Shown piece after piece: positions 1 to 10,900 of a stretch of DNA of 64,000 bases (position 1 is the first letter of the stretch; each line of letters starts with the position of its first letter). A program made the translations under genes and the position numbers. A model generated the notes under the pieces. That model had not been told where the DNA came from and searched no databases. It saw only the letters and a list, made by a program, of their open reading frames with translations. This stretch comes from Trypanosoma brucei (lineage: Eukaryota): the NCBI GenBank assembly GCA_000002445.1, contig CM000208.1:1056001-1120000 (forward strand). Reading direction: 5' to 3'.

Positions 1-598
1 CGTAGAGATCCCTCATAAGACTCGTGAACTCCTGCGACAACAGCTTGTCAGCCTCGTCAAGAACAATAATACGGCAGTGATCGAGTTTCGCCGTCCCTTT
101 ACTAGCGAGATCCACCGCACGCCCAGGTGTGGCCACAAGCACGTGCACCACACTCTGCAGGCGCAAAATATCATCACGGAGTGTTGTTCCACCAGTTGTG
201 ACCATAACCTCCAACCCGGTGATGTGCTTGCCAAGCTCTTTTGTCACCTGAGCCGTCTGTAGCGCGAGTTCGCGAGTGGGAACCATGAGGAGCGCCTGGA
301 TATGAGGCAACTGCGTGTCGACCTTCTCCAATACGGGAATGACGAAGGAAGCCGTTTTTCCCGTGCCGTTTTTGGCACGTGCTAGCACATCTTTTCCCTG
401 CAGGGCCACAGGAATGGCCTCCTCCTGCACCGGACTGGGCCGTTCGAAGCCCTTCTCGAAGATACCCATCTGGAGCTCACGTCGGAGCCCATACTCCTCA
501 AAGGTAACATTACGCCGAGACTCCACGTCTTCTGTCTTCTTTCGCACATCTTTAGTTGGCGCTTTCAAACCTTCCCTCCAATCATCATCGGTTACCAT
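1..598 (-). CDS. DHH1: ATP-dependent DEAD-box RNA helicase, DDX6/DHH1-like (N-terminal part; C-terminus lies beyond window start)
   Basis: Reverse-strand translation from the ATG at 598 gives MVTDDDW...[61 protein letters not shown]...VLDEAD. These match the Q-motif, Walker A (AKNGTGKT) and DEAD box of the DDX6/Dhh1 subfamily. The ORF runs off the window edge. Confidence 0.8.
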   Translation of the reverse strand, partial: MVTDDDWREGLKAPTKDVRKKTEDVESRRNVTFEEYGLRRELQMGIFEKGFERPSPVQEEAIPVALQGKDVLARAKNGTGKTASFVIPVLEKVDTQLPHIQALLMVPTRELALQTAQVTKELGKHITGLEVMVTTGGTTLRDDILRLQSVVHVLVATPGRAVDLASKGTAKLDHCRIIVLDEADKLLSQEFTSLMRDLY

Positions 599-1207
599 CG
601 TATTCGTTGCTGTTGTTAGGTTGGGATGTATTATTCTCTGTGGGGGTGTATACGCGACTGTGGGCGTATGTTGTGTGATATTCTTGTATGGAGACTGCTT
701 CACTTCCCCACACTTTTCACTTTTTGTTGCCGATTGTTTGTTTCGGTATGCAAATCCTTCTTCGCAGTGTATGCTTTTGCTTCCCTTACTTGTACTCTTC
801 CCTGTCACTTTCCTGCTTTTACCCCTTTGTATATATCTGCTGTCTACAACTATTTTTCTTCCCTTCTTATAGTAGACCTAGTGATGCACACCATAGGAAG
901 CAAAAAGGGGGAAGAAAACAACAGTAGGATCATAAATATTGATGCAGTTCATCAGCTACAAGGTGAAACGCGCCGTGTGAGTGAGTGGCACTTTAAAATT
1001 AATAGTTATGTATGTGTGCCCGCACGTACACATGGGGAAAAGCTAAACAAACTGGTCGGAAGACGAGATGACAAAAAAAAATAAGGAACTTCGCTCCATA
1101 GTAAATGAATAGGTTAGAAAACATACGAACACAAATAGCATTACAGGTAACATAAAATACCCTAAAAAAACGCCGGTAGCGCACACAATTGCCCTTCCCC
1201 GAGTTCA

Positions 1208-2041
1208 TCATTTACCAACATATCTGGGTGGTCGCTTCTCCGCAAAAGCCTGCAGTCCCTCCATGCGGTCTTGTGTCTCCATCAGCGATTGGCTTAATCT
1301 CAACTCACCGTCCAATGCCTCGTCACGTGGCCGCCCAAACCCACCGCGCACCGCCGCCTTTGCAGCTGCTACGGCAACCGGGCCGTTGCGTGCTATTCGG
1401 CCAGCTACCGCCAGTGCAGCTTCCGAGGCACCACCAGCAGGCACTAATTCAGTAACGAGACCAAGGCGCTGCGCCCGCTCCGCAGGTACGACATCAGCTG
1501 TTAAAATCAACTGCAAGGCATTACTAAGCCCCATCACAAGTGGTGCCCGGTACGTTCCACCAGCTCCAGGAATAATGGCGAGGCCCGTTTCCGGTAACCC
1601 GAAACGTGCACCCGCTCCAGCAATGCGAATGTCTGTACACAATGCCAACTCGCAGCCACCACCCAGAGCCGCTCCTTCAATTGCACTTATTGTTGGCTGA
1701 GATAGGTCCTCCAGTGCAGTAAGGGTGTCACGCTGCTCCTCCACATACGCACGGGACTCCACTAAAGTCATACCACGTCGCTCCTTAAGATCAGCCCCTG
1801 CGCAGAAAACCCCGTCAACACGGCTCTCCACAATGACACAGCGAATCAGGTTTTCAGGGTTGCGGCAGTAACAAATACACTCCTTTAGCTCACTCAGAAG
1901 CTGTCGACCAATGGCGTTCTTACGAGCGGGTCTGTTGAGTCCAATGAGACCGATATGCTCACCTACACGCGTGAGGGAACACTCACCATCACGAACAACC
2001 TGTGCGACTGCACCCGCAAGCAAAACCGGACAACGGCGCAT
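1208..2041 (-). CDS. enoyl-CoA hydratase/isomerase family; methylglutaconyl-CoA hydratase (AUH)-like
   Basis: 277 aa with an ATG start. Crotonase motifs are present: VFCAGADLKERRGM, GGGCELALCTDIRIA and FGLPETGLAIIPGAGGTYR, so both catalytic Glu are there. The C-terminal FAEKRPPRYVGK closely resembles the AUH C-terminus. Confidence 0.7.
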   Translation of the reverse strand: MRRCPVLLAGAVAQVVRDGECSLTRVGEHIGLIGLNRPARKNAIGRQLLSELKECICYCRNPENLIRCVIVESRVDGVFCAGADLKERRGMTLVESRAYVEEQRDTLTALEDLSQPTISAIEGAALGGGCELALCTDIRIAGAGARFGLPETGLAIIPGAGGTYRAPLVMGLSNALQLILTADVVPAERAQRLGLVTELVPAGGASEAALAVAGRIARNGPVAVAAAKAAVRGGFGRPRDEALDGELRLSQSLMETQDRMEGLQAFAEKRPPRYVGK

Positions 2042-2406
2042 GGCTCCGAAGTTTCGACAAACAAAAGTGGATATCGTTTCGTCACTTAACTTTCTTTTAT
2101 AATTTTATTCAAAGGACAAATGAACCACACACTACTCCAAGAAATCTCCACTAAACCCGTCTCTCCAACTCTCCTCTCCCTTCCTTGAATCACTGCCTAT
2201 AGGTCGACGTATTATCGATGTTCCTCACTTCCCTCACAGTCAGATGTTGTCTACCTAGTCCTAACGGTAAAAGCGCAGGCAAACAAGGAAAACAGGAAAG
2301 GGGGAGAAACCTGTTGAAAACACAACGAGCACGGGGGACTATATAGGAGCGACGAGCACGCCTTCCAGCTCATGTGCCGCTAGTCCGCACCGTTAATGAA
2401 CCAGAG

Positions 2407-2467
2407 TTTTTTTTTGGGGGGGGGGGAGGAAGAGAGAATATGTGCTATTCTTCCAACTCCCCCCCCC
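2407..2467. repeat. T9-G11 homopolymer pair followed 32 nt later by C9 (potential G:C hairpin stem) in an intergenic spacer
   Basis: Read directly: tttttttttggggggggggg at 2407-2426 and ccccccccc at 2459-2467. Confidence 0.9.
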
Positions 2468-2548
2468 ATTTAGTGTAATCTCCTCAACGGGAAACGGGAT
2501 TGTGACAGCAGTTCGTTAAAATTACACCGTCAAAACACTTAGATCGCA

Positions 2549-4597
2549 TTATCCAGCAAATGCAGCCGGTGCCGCCGAGCTGCTTACAAGACCTTTGGTG
2601 AAGTCCACGGTAAAGTCACCCATCTCAAGTCGAGCTGCGTCCAAGAACACATCAATATGGTACTTCCCCGCTCTTCGCTTCAACACTGGCCCATCCACAC
2701 TAACAGCCACACTACCGTCCGCATTCCTCTTTGATGATTGCTTCACGAAAAGTGGATGGCGCTGGCCAAGCGAGAGATGCACACCGAACTGGCGCTCGAA
2801 GGCCGTCACATCACTCACCACACGATCTCTCCCAAGGTAGGGGCTAAGGCCGATACCCAACTCACGCACATAACAACTTCCCTCCGTCTGACGCACAAGT
2901 TCAATAAGTTCAACCAACTCGTCAGGGGCATCGGGAGAAATATCGGTGACGACACCTTTCACAATCGTCAGTGTCGCGGGTTTCGGTTGAGCCATCGTCA
3001 CTGCCTTGGATAAACTAGGGTATGCAAAGACATCGCAGGTACCGTTTAGTTTACTAAGGTCAAACGATTCACTTATAACCTCACCAACAGGAAACGTCCC
3101 ACCAATGCTACTGCCAACACACGCACCTGCGACGTTACTTCCATCAGTGCCACTAGCGCGAACAACATCCTCCTCACATGAATGAGAGAGACCACACTTT
3201 GTCGAGTCTTTCGCGCCCTTCAACTTTAGCATTGCCAAATACTCCTTTTTCTTTAAGCGTCCATGTCTCCCAGTATCACCCACGCCATCCATTGGAAGCA
3301 GGGTAGCAGCAGCGGCTTCCTCCGCCCCCGCGGTGGCCGCATTCTCCCCTTGGTTTGAAGGTTCTGCATGGTGCACAGCAAAGCGTAGACGATGATTTTG
3401 TACCATGTTACGCTCCGACGCGTGAGCGGCAGCATAATAACCGGTATTTAGCAAGCAATCCTCCATCCCCCCATCGTAGGTGAGTACCTGGCCAGTACAA
3501 CAAATAATGCGAAGTGGGGCTCCGGGGCCAGTGATGAAACTTGTTTCCGGGACAACGGATCCGTCAGTACCGCCGTCTCCTTCACCATCGAGTGCTCTCC
3601 CCTTCCACGTGAGTACACCTGAACTGTACAAAGACCAAAGACCTTCATTCGACAACGCCGACTGAAATGATGCTGGTGGCACCACCTGCAGTGGCCGGCA
3701 GTCATTCCCTTCCCCATTCTCTTCCTTCCTGCTAATCTTCCGGGACCAGCTCCAGACGTCAATGGAATCAGCTATGGCCCGACCAATAGCCTCAGCCACA
3801 TCCGGTTTGAAGGAACATGACCGCATGTAATGCACAAGTTCGTCGTTATCCAAGCAACAATTTGTGTCATCCGAGATGCTATCGCCGTCGCACTTGCTGG
3901 CTAAGACATCATCTGCCGAGGCACTCATTATCTCCAAGTGATTATGCTCAGCCACACGTAGGCCCATGTTGAAAAGATCAAGCCGCAGACGGTATTTATC
4001 CAGTTCATTTTGGAAGGCGTTGCGCTGAATAAGAATACAACCAAGTAACTCACGATCCGATCCGTTGCACAACCTCTCAAAGAGTGGATCCTCCCACTCC
4101 ATTTCGCCCCGCTCCTCAGGTGTCAACAACCATGACAGAGAGTCAAACATTTGCCTCATCTTCTCCCGCGCCTTCACACTGCCGTCAGCATCACCAGTCA
4201 CACTTTCAGAAGAAGCTTTATCAGATGGGTGACCACACAGTCTAAGAAAAGCCTGCAAGGTTCGCACATCATCCAAAAAACGGTCAGCTTTGAAAGGTAA
4301 CACGCCATACGTAACCCTCCAGTTGCTTTTGAACCCCTTAGAAAAGCACGGAGTTTTAGCTGAAGAATGGAGACCGACGCGAAGTGGCCCAACAACATTC
4401 GGTGCCTCAGGCGCCTCTCCGTTGAAGCGATTCAGTTCCTGAATGTACCCCTCCAGTAGAACTTTCTGTAGAGTACATGGAGTGTGGTCCACTACAAGTA
4501 GCACATGTGGGGTAGCACCCTGAAATGCGTCTATGCGGAGACTCTGCCACAGAATTGTATTAGCACAGCTTCGTGCCGCCTGAAGTGCTGATGACAT
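2549..4597 (-). CDS. hypothetical protein (682 aa), no family recognised
   Basis: Long uninterrupted ORF with an ATG start, in the same orientation as its neighbours. The minus-strand polypyrimidine tract upstream (plus 4598-4913 is purine-rich) is consistent with trans-splicing. Confidence 0.6.
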   Translation of the reverse strand: MSSALQAARSCANTILWQSLRIDAFQGATPHVLLVVDHTPCTLQKVLLEGYIQELNRFNGEAPEAPNVVGPLRVGLHSSAKTPCFSKGFKSNWRVTYGVLPFKADRFLDDVRTLQAFLRLCGHPSDKASSESVTGDADGSVKAREKMRQMFDSLSWLLTPEERGEMEWEDPLFERLCNGSDRELLGCILIQRNAFQNELDKYRLRLDLFNMGLRVAEHNHLEIMSASADDVLASKCDGDSISDDTNCCLDNDELVHYMRSCSFKPDVAEAIGRAIADSIDVWSWSRKISRKEENGEGNDCRPLQVVPPASFQSALSNEGLWSLYSSGVLTWKGRALDGEGDGGTDGSVVPETSFITGPGAPLRIICCTGQVLTYDGGMEDCLLNTGYYAAAHASERNMVQNHRLRFAVHHAEPSNQGENAATAGAEEAAAATLLPMDGVGDTGRHGRLKKKEYLAMLKLKGAKDSTKCGLSHSCEEDVVRASGTDGSNVAGACVGSSIGGTFPVGEVISESFDLSKLNGTCDVFAYPSLSKAVTMAQPKPATLTIVKGVVTDISPDAPDELVELIELVRQTEGSCYVRELGIGLSPYLGRDRVVSDVTAFERQFGVHLSLGQRHPLFVKQSSKRNADGSVAVSVDGPVLKRRAGKYHIDVFLDAARLEMGDFTVDFTKGLVSSSAAPAAFAG

Positions 4598-4913
4598 GTG
4601 ACTTTACCTCACCTTTTTCACCCTTCACCAAACTTATCAATTAAAAATGTGTTCTCCCCACCTCACTTAATGCTAAATACTTCAGTGTATTAGAAAGGAA
4701 CAGCAGTGAGAATATCGATCGCGTCGTCGAGAGCAACCGTCTAAATCAGTTAACTAACAGTAACATGCATAGGCGAGAGGTAAGTTGATTGGGTGACGTT
4801 AGCGTAAACACCGCAGCAGTTGTACAACACCCCGGTGCGTAATCCCCAAACCCCCATACAACAGCGTATGCATGCGGGGGGAGGGGAACCAAGAAAAAAA
4901 AAACACAACTTCC

Positions 4914-5603
4914 TCACCATAGACGCCACCATATCGGATAATGACTGGATAAGTCGTATGGGAGTCCATGAGACTTCTGTAACTGTTGTGCACGCCTATA
5001 GAAGTGGCGGTGTGCCACATGACTTCGCTCCTCGTAAATGGTGTGACCAACACCCGCCCCAGCGGCACACCGGGCTAAAACAACGATATTTGCCGAGGCC
5101 GGGACCGGTACCTGATAAACGTTCTGAGAACCAAAGACCCGTTGGCACATCTGCACAAAGTCGGGATCGGATTTGGGAAGGTTAAACGCTGCAACGCCGA
5201 TCGAGGAGAGTGCCTCGCGGCACAACTGAAGAAAAATAAGGGACGACATGAAGGCGGGTGGATCGCTCCCGACAAAAAGATCCACAAAAAGCACGTCGTA
5301 ACACGTCGCCGGTTGTACTTGGTATCGGGACAGCGGCTTATGCTGGTTTCCGTTAGTGGGATAATCACCACCTTTGAAACTCACAGAAGTTCCAGAATGC
5401 GTGCGGCTAGAAACCAATTCATCAAAGGTACTATTACTCTCCCCAGTGCCAGTTGAAGATCCAACAACATCCTGAAGGAAGGCGGCACCGTCCTGAACAT
5501 GACAGGTGACACTCCCGCCTTGCATTTTCCTTCCCCATCCCATGTCTTCAACTGCAGCCCGAAAGCACTGTTGCTCAGCATCAACTAAGTCGCATAATGT
5601 CAT
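4914..5603 (-). CDS. C-terminal portion of a split class-I SAM-dependent methyltransferase / spermidine-synthase-like gene
   Basis: 229-aa ORF. Contains DLVDAE, then ...CHVQDGAAFLQD..., then YDVLFVDLF...LCREAL. These resemble Rossmann-MTase motifs II-IV of spermidine synthase-like proteins. Its ATG overlaps the stop of the upstream ORF (ATGA). Confidence 0.45.
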   Translation of the reverse strand: MTLCDLVDAEQQCFRAAVEDMGWGRKMQGGSVTCHVQDGAAFLQDVVGSSTGTGESNSTFDELVSSRTHSGTSVSFKGGDYPTNGNQHKPLSRYQVQPATCYDVLFVDLFVGSDPPAFMSSLIFLQLCREALSSIGVAAFNLPKSDPDFVQMCQRVFGSQNVYQVPVPASANIVVLARCAAGAGVGHTIYEERSHVAHRHFYRRAQQLQKSHGLPYDLSSHYPIWWRLW

Positions 5604-6463
5604 GTGAGAAATGCTGCTGCGATGAAAGAAGGAGAGAACCCTCCACCAACACCGAGGACAGCGACCCGCAGCCGAGGTAGCGGAGAGGGAAGTAGCAGCA
5701 GAGCACTAAGCATGATGCGCAGATATGGCGCACCTAAATAACTGGCGTCAGCGAGGCAGTTCATTGAGGCCGGTGCCAAGGGGTCGCAGCGAACAAGCGA
5801 TTGTTGCGTGACTCGGTTGCTCCAGCGTCGCAACAAAGCGTCACTGTCATTTCGTACCTCATTATGTGACGTCTCAATAGTCATGGAGGTATATTTAACT
5901 GTACCCGGGGGCCAAGAGGAGGAAGCGATGAACATTGAAGAGCCCACACGATTACCGACGGTATCTTCAACAGCGTCATCATCATCACCGTTGAAGCCCT
6001 TGACGCTACGGGTGGAGACGTCACCGCGAGGTGCGTGTGCATCACCCACAACTTCCCTCACAAGATACAACTCGTTGACCTCTGATACTGAATCACTGTG
6101 GCCAGCAGTGGTGTATGTTTCATTTGAAAAACATGCAAACAGCTTTTTCATGACCCCTCCTCTATCACTGCGTCCACAATTTCCATTTTCGGCATCACTA
6201 CCGCGTGGCAGCAATGATTGTTCCCCTCGCCCCTTTTCCCGGACATAATGATTTGTTACAACAACATCATAACCCAAGAAGGTTTTGCAGGGGTACCGCG
6301 CATGCTCCTCCGAGTGCACAACATCCGCCTCATTAAAGAGTGGAATTTCTCTCTGCCGCAGCAGCGCAATTTCCCGGAAAATACCGATAGCAAATGTACC
6401 ACCAACGCTCGCTGCAATAAACCCCCATGCACGAGCTCCCAGTGGTTTAAAAAAATAGGGCAT
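5600..6463 (-). CDS. N-terminal portion of the same split methyltransferase-like gene (ends in a GxGGG motif-I-like segment)
   Basis: 287-aa ORF ending ...LRVAVLGVGGGFSPSFIAAAFLT*, a motif I-like glycine loop. The stop codon shares the ATGA tetranucleotide with the next ORF's ATG, and there is no intergenic spacer for trans-splicing. Confidence 0.45.
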   Translation of the reverse strand: MPYFFKPLGARAWGFIAASVGGTFAIGIFREIALLRQREIPLFNEADVVHSEEHARYPCKTFLGYDVVVTNHYVREKGRGEQSLLPRGSDAENGNCGRSDRGGVMKKLFACFSNETYTTAGHSDSVSEVNELYLVREVVGDAHAPRGDVSTRSVKGFNGDDDDAVEDTVGNRVGSSMFIASSSWPPGTVKYTSMTIETSHNEVRNDSDALLRRWSNRVTQQSLVRCDPLAPASMNCLADASYLGAPYLRIMLSALLLLPSPLPRLRVAVLGVGGGFSPSFIAAAFLT

Positions 6464-6895
6464 ATTGCCCTCCGGGAGATGTCGCCTAACTTTTCAAAAG
6501 AAAAAAATAGAGGAGCGGAAGTAAATATATGACGGCGCATGTGCAGAGGAAGTTGTACGTAATTCAACTGATGCGGATAACACAAGAGAAAAACATAGGT
6601 TAGTAACACCAACAGAAGCTTACAAACAACACGGCGATAGATGAAGAAGAGATGGAAGAAGGGAAGAAGGGAAGGAGGAAAAACAAAAACAAAAACGCCG
6701 CCGCACCGGCGTCAACAAAACCTAAATAAACAAGGGGGAAAACGTTTTAGCACCGACTGCACCAAATCCAAAACACATCAGTCGCCTTGTCCACTTCCAA
6801 CAAGGCCTTCCACCGAGTAAATCAATTTACGTTCCTTAGACTGAAATGCATGGTTTCTCTTCTCACTACTTTTGGTCACTGTTGCATTTAACCAA

Positions 6896-7942
6896 TTACA
6901 TGACTTTTTTACCCCTCTCTGATTCCTTTGTCGACGTTTCGTTCGGCTTCTCGTCATCCTTACGGACTCGCCACACGATGTTGTAATGCAGTTTTGAGAG
7001 CACCGCCATGGCTAAACGTAGCCAACCGTTAAGAAGAACTTGCAGAAGAAGCTCCAGCACATCAGTGGCCGGTTCCACACCCGCAACCATCCAACAAAGC
7101 AATTGCTTGTCAACACCCAAGCTTACGTCAAAACGATAGTGTTTGATGCTGTCGACAATTTGTTTTGCCATATCCAATGCGGTAACAGGTTCATCGCCAC
7201 CGAAGGAAGAAAGCGCAGTGCATTCCGGACTTTTTCGAATATTCTCCTGCTCGAAGCCGGGCGTGTAGACATCAGGTGGACTAATCACCTGGAACCGGAC
7301 GCCACGGCAGCTGTTTTCCATATCCATGCTGTGGGCAAAGGCCCGAATAGCAGCCTTTGATGCGGCATAAACGGAATACCCGGCAAGTGGGCAGCGGGCC
7401 GCAAGGCTGCTCACAAATACAACGCGTCCGGCACGTTGCTCAAGCATGGAGGGCAGAACCATGCGCAAAACATTTACACAACCGAAAAAATTGACATCCA
7501 TCATCCTTCGTGCCTCTGCAGGAGTAATGTCCACAAACCGAGCGGGAATAGAGAAACCTGCATTGCATACGAGAAGATCAAGACATTTCCCCCCAGCAGC
7601 AGTAACATCCTTCGACACTTTATCCATCGCTTGCTCCACTGAAACCTCATCGGCGACGTCCATAACGACGTATTCCACTTTCGTACCGGTTACTTTGGCC
7701 TCTACTCGAAGTGCCTCAACACCGGCCCTCAGCGACTGTTCATTTCTCGCGGCAATTATTACAACTCGTGCGCCCAGTTTGACGAGTTGCTTCGCCGTTT
7801 CCAAACCGATGCCCAAACTCCCACCAGTTACCAACGCACAGCAACCCTTTATGTGGAAGAAAGGCACTCGATGTACACTCCACCAGGCAGCAGCAAACAC
7901 CAGCGCAATCAGCAGCGCACACACAAGAAATATAACTCCCAT
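6896..7942 (-). CDS. short-chain dehydrogenase/reductase; 3-ketodihydrosphingosine (3-dehydrosphinganine) reductase-like
   Basis: 348 aa with an N-terminal TM segment. Glycine-rich NAD(P) loop ALVTGGSLGIGLE. Catalytic YxxxK (YAASKAAIRAF). PPDVYTPGFEQEN closely resembles the KDSR/TSC10 PPDTDTPGFAEEN segment. The hydrophobic C-terminus matches KDSR. Confidence 0.65.
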   Translation of the reverse strand: MGVIFLVCALLIALVFAAAWWSVHRVPFFHIKGCCALVTGGSLGIGLETAKQLVKLGARVVIIAARNEQSLRAGVEALRVEAKVTGTKVEYVVMDVADEVSVEQAMDKVSKDVTAAGGKCLDLLVCNAGFSIPARFVDITPAEARRMMDVNFFGCVNVLRMVLPSMLEQRAGRVVFVSSLAARCPLAGYSVYAASKAAIRAFAHSMDMENSCRGVRFQVISPPDVYTPGFEQENIRKSPECTALSSFGGDEPVTALDMAKQIVDSIKHYRFDVSLGVDKQLLCWMVAGVEPATDVLELLLQVLLNGWLRLAMAVLSKLHYNIVWRVRKDDEKPNETSTKESERGKKVM

Positions 7943-10900
7943 GGCAGCGACTCAAATAGGCGATGATGCTGGAAGTGGGAAGTACTAGGAAAAAAGGAAA
8001 ATAAAATAAAATAAACTTGGAACAGATAATAAATGCAAGCCTCCTAATAACCTAAATGGAATGCGCAATAGTTTCTTCGTTGGGTTTTAACCCGGCTCCT
8101 AATCTATGGGTATACAAAGGAAGCATGGTAGAAGGCAAACGGTGCAGGGCACACTCGACAAGAGAAATATATATATTTCTTTAAAAAAAAGAAAAGAGGA
8201 GGTGCGTACGTCTCTCTGATCAGAAAATAAAGTCAAAGTCGTGAGAAGATGTGAAAGATGAGTGGGTAAACACCTCCATCACATTCGCTTCGATGAGGAA
8301 TAAACAAGGAAGCAGTAAGGGGTGCAAAAGAGGGAGCAAAAACTAAAAGGGAGAAAGTGATGAAAGAAATGATGGAAGTTGTCCAGAAACACTGGCTGAG
8401 CTACAAAACAGTGGTTTCCAGATGATTAAATCCGGCTCGTATTTATTTATTTTTTTTCCTTGGTTCCGTTTCGTTTCGTTTGGTTTTGTTCCCTTTTCTC
8501 TTTTCTTTCTCTTTTCTTTTCTTTTCTTCAATTTCCCTCCTTTACTCTCTCCCCCCCCCATACTCCTTCAACTCAGTTATTTCCTCTCTACCATTCTCTT
8601 CACTTACGTGCTAATGCCGAACTAAATACAGGCATACACTGAGAGAAGAAAAGGAACGGAGTAATGAAGGGGCCGTGAAAGAAAGGAAGAAATAAAAGAA
8701 AAATAAAAGAAAGAAAGAACAAAAACTTTGCCTTCGCTCCGAGTAAAACAAAAACGTAATGGCAAAAGTTATCGAACAAAAAAAAAAACTCCCCTACACT
8801 CCTCTACAGCAGTGGTGAATAAGATACGCACCACACAAACACACAAAAAAAAACCATATATACTCATTTGTGCGAATCGTTACATCATGCAAACACTTCC
8901 TCATTGTATTTTGTACTTGTGCATTTGCTGTTATTGTCTCTTGTTTTTTCCTCTCGTTTTTCTGCTTTTCTTTTTCTTTTCCTTTTGTTTTGTTTTGTTC
9001 CTTTTCTTTTTTTTTTATTTTCTCAACCTGTCACCTTTCTACCAGTCTGCAGTCATCGATGATGTTAACAATTTCTGTCTCCCCATTGCGTTGGTCATCT
9101 CCCACGCACAAGTAACATCACCAACACATTTTTTCAGATGTGTACACCATTGAGTTTCACGACAAATTTGAAAAAAAAAATTGGAAAGAAGTCAAACATA
9201 AATAAGGTCAGAACTTTTTTTAAAAAAAAAAGCTAAAAAGAATAAAAAGAAAAGTATGAAGGAAGCCACAATACATACAACCTCGCACAAAACACGCACG
9301 AAGAAGGGAAAAGAAATAATCAAAAAAAAAAGAAGGGCGCAGGCAAAAACAAACGTTGTCAAACCTCCAGAGGCAGGTAGGAAAATATACGGTGGTAGCC
9401 GAATTAACGAAACCAGTAAAACAATACTGGTCCTCAATTTTAAAAAAAAATTATAATGATAATGATAAAAACAGTAGATATAACATCAAAACCAAGAGAA
9501 AGGAAGAAAAAAAAAAGAAGAATAAACATGTAAAACTCTCATTACACAAAATACGGCGGGTCCCAAGAGTTCCTGCCCTAATAGCCTGCTTAATTGTAAC
9601 ACCACATTCATTCCTCTCATTTGTGTACGTGCATCTGCTTTCACTTAAGTCAGGCAATCGCTTCTCTGCCAGTGTGAAGATGATAATTAATAATAATAAA
9701 TAATAATAACTGGAATCAGTATTAGCACTATTGGTAATAGAATATGCGTGACATCATATTCCTATTTCACGCTAGCGCCCCAATATCTCATACTACTTTA
9801 TATAGTTGCCGCTACTAGTCACTACTAATTATTATCATTATTATTGTAGCACTTCACTCTTATACTGACTCTTTCCTCCTTTTTCCCGCTCTCTTTCTTC
9901 AATACGTCCCTCTAGCTTCTCCTCTTCTTTTTGGGTTTTCATTCATTTTTTTTATTTTTTCGTTTTGATGGGGATGATTTTAAACCTTTAAAACATACAC
10001 ACACACACACCACAAACTACTTGTTCGTCACCAACCATTTATATTTTTTTTTTCCAACCATTGGACAAATCACTATGCGCTGCTGCCATTATGCTAATAA
10101 ATGCTTTACCTTTTACTCATTGCTCAGTTTGTTCGCTTGTTTCTTTGTTTGTACTCATTTTACTTTTGTTGTTGTTATTTTATTTTCATTTTTTTTTTCC
10201 TCCACTCGAGGTCTACCTTCACTTTTCACCCTTTTTGTTAATCCCTAAACACAAATAAAAGGCAAGGAGAGCAGAAATCAACACCAAATATTTTCTTTTC
10301 AAAAAAAAAACAAAAAAGAAAGACCTCCTTTACTCCTACATAATATTTTCTCTTCACATTCATTTGGATCTCCTTTCATTTTCTCTTCTGTCACCGCACT
10401 TCCTTTTTTTCTTTTCCTTCTTCTAACATTGAATTGTTTCGATCCAGTTTTTTTTTTTTAAATATTTTCATGAGATAATACAACACGATATATCTCTTTT
10501 AATATACGAATATGAAATTGCTCACTTTTTGTGCTTTTCCCCATTCTATGCACTTCATTTTTATTACGCATTCATAAATGCACACACAAAAGTGTCGTAT
10601 TCCGCCCTCAGCGACACATGCGGTTACAACAGCGGCGGTCAAAAGGAAGAAAAAGTAAAAGTAAAGTAAAAAAAAAAAACGAAATCACACAAAAACAAAT
10701 GCCAGCATAAACCCCCGCAGATATAAATTTATACAAGTTAAGAAAAAAAAAAGAATGCAGACGACCTGGAAAGTTTAAAAAAAAAACATTCCTTCAGATG
10801 CGGTTCAGAACACGAGAGGAAAAGGAGAAAGGGAGGAATGAGACACACACAAACAGCAACAAAAGAGAAAATAATAGAGTAAAAGAATAAATTGAAAAGT

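Noticed and set aside
315-872. 185-aa plus-strand ORF (and the overlapping 626..1084 / 688..927 ORFs)
   Set aside because: Antisense to the well-supported DHH1 helicase ORF and its upstream spacer. Low-complexity composition and wrong polarity for this polycistron.
1263-1700. 145-aa plus-strand ORF
   Set aside because: Antisense within the AUH-like hydratase CDS. An Ala/Pro/Arg-rich translation is typical of the reverse frame of a GC-rich gene.
7446-7988. 180-aa plus-strand ORF
   Set aside because: Antisense to the SDR/KDSR-like CDS.
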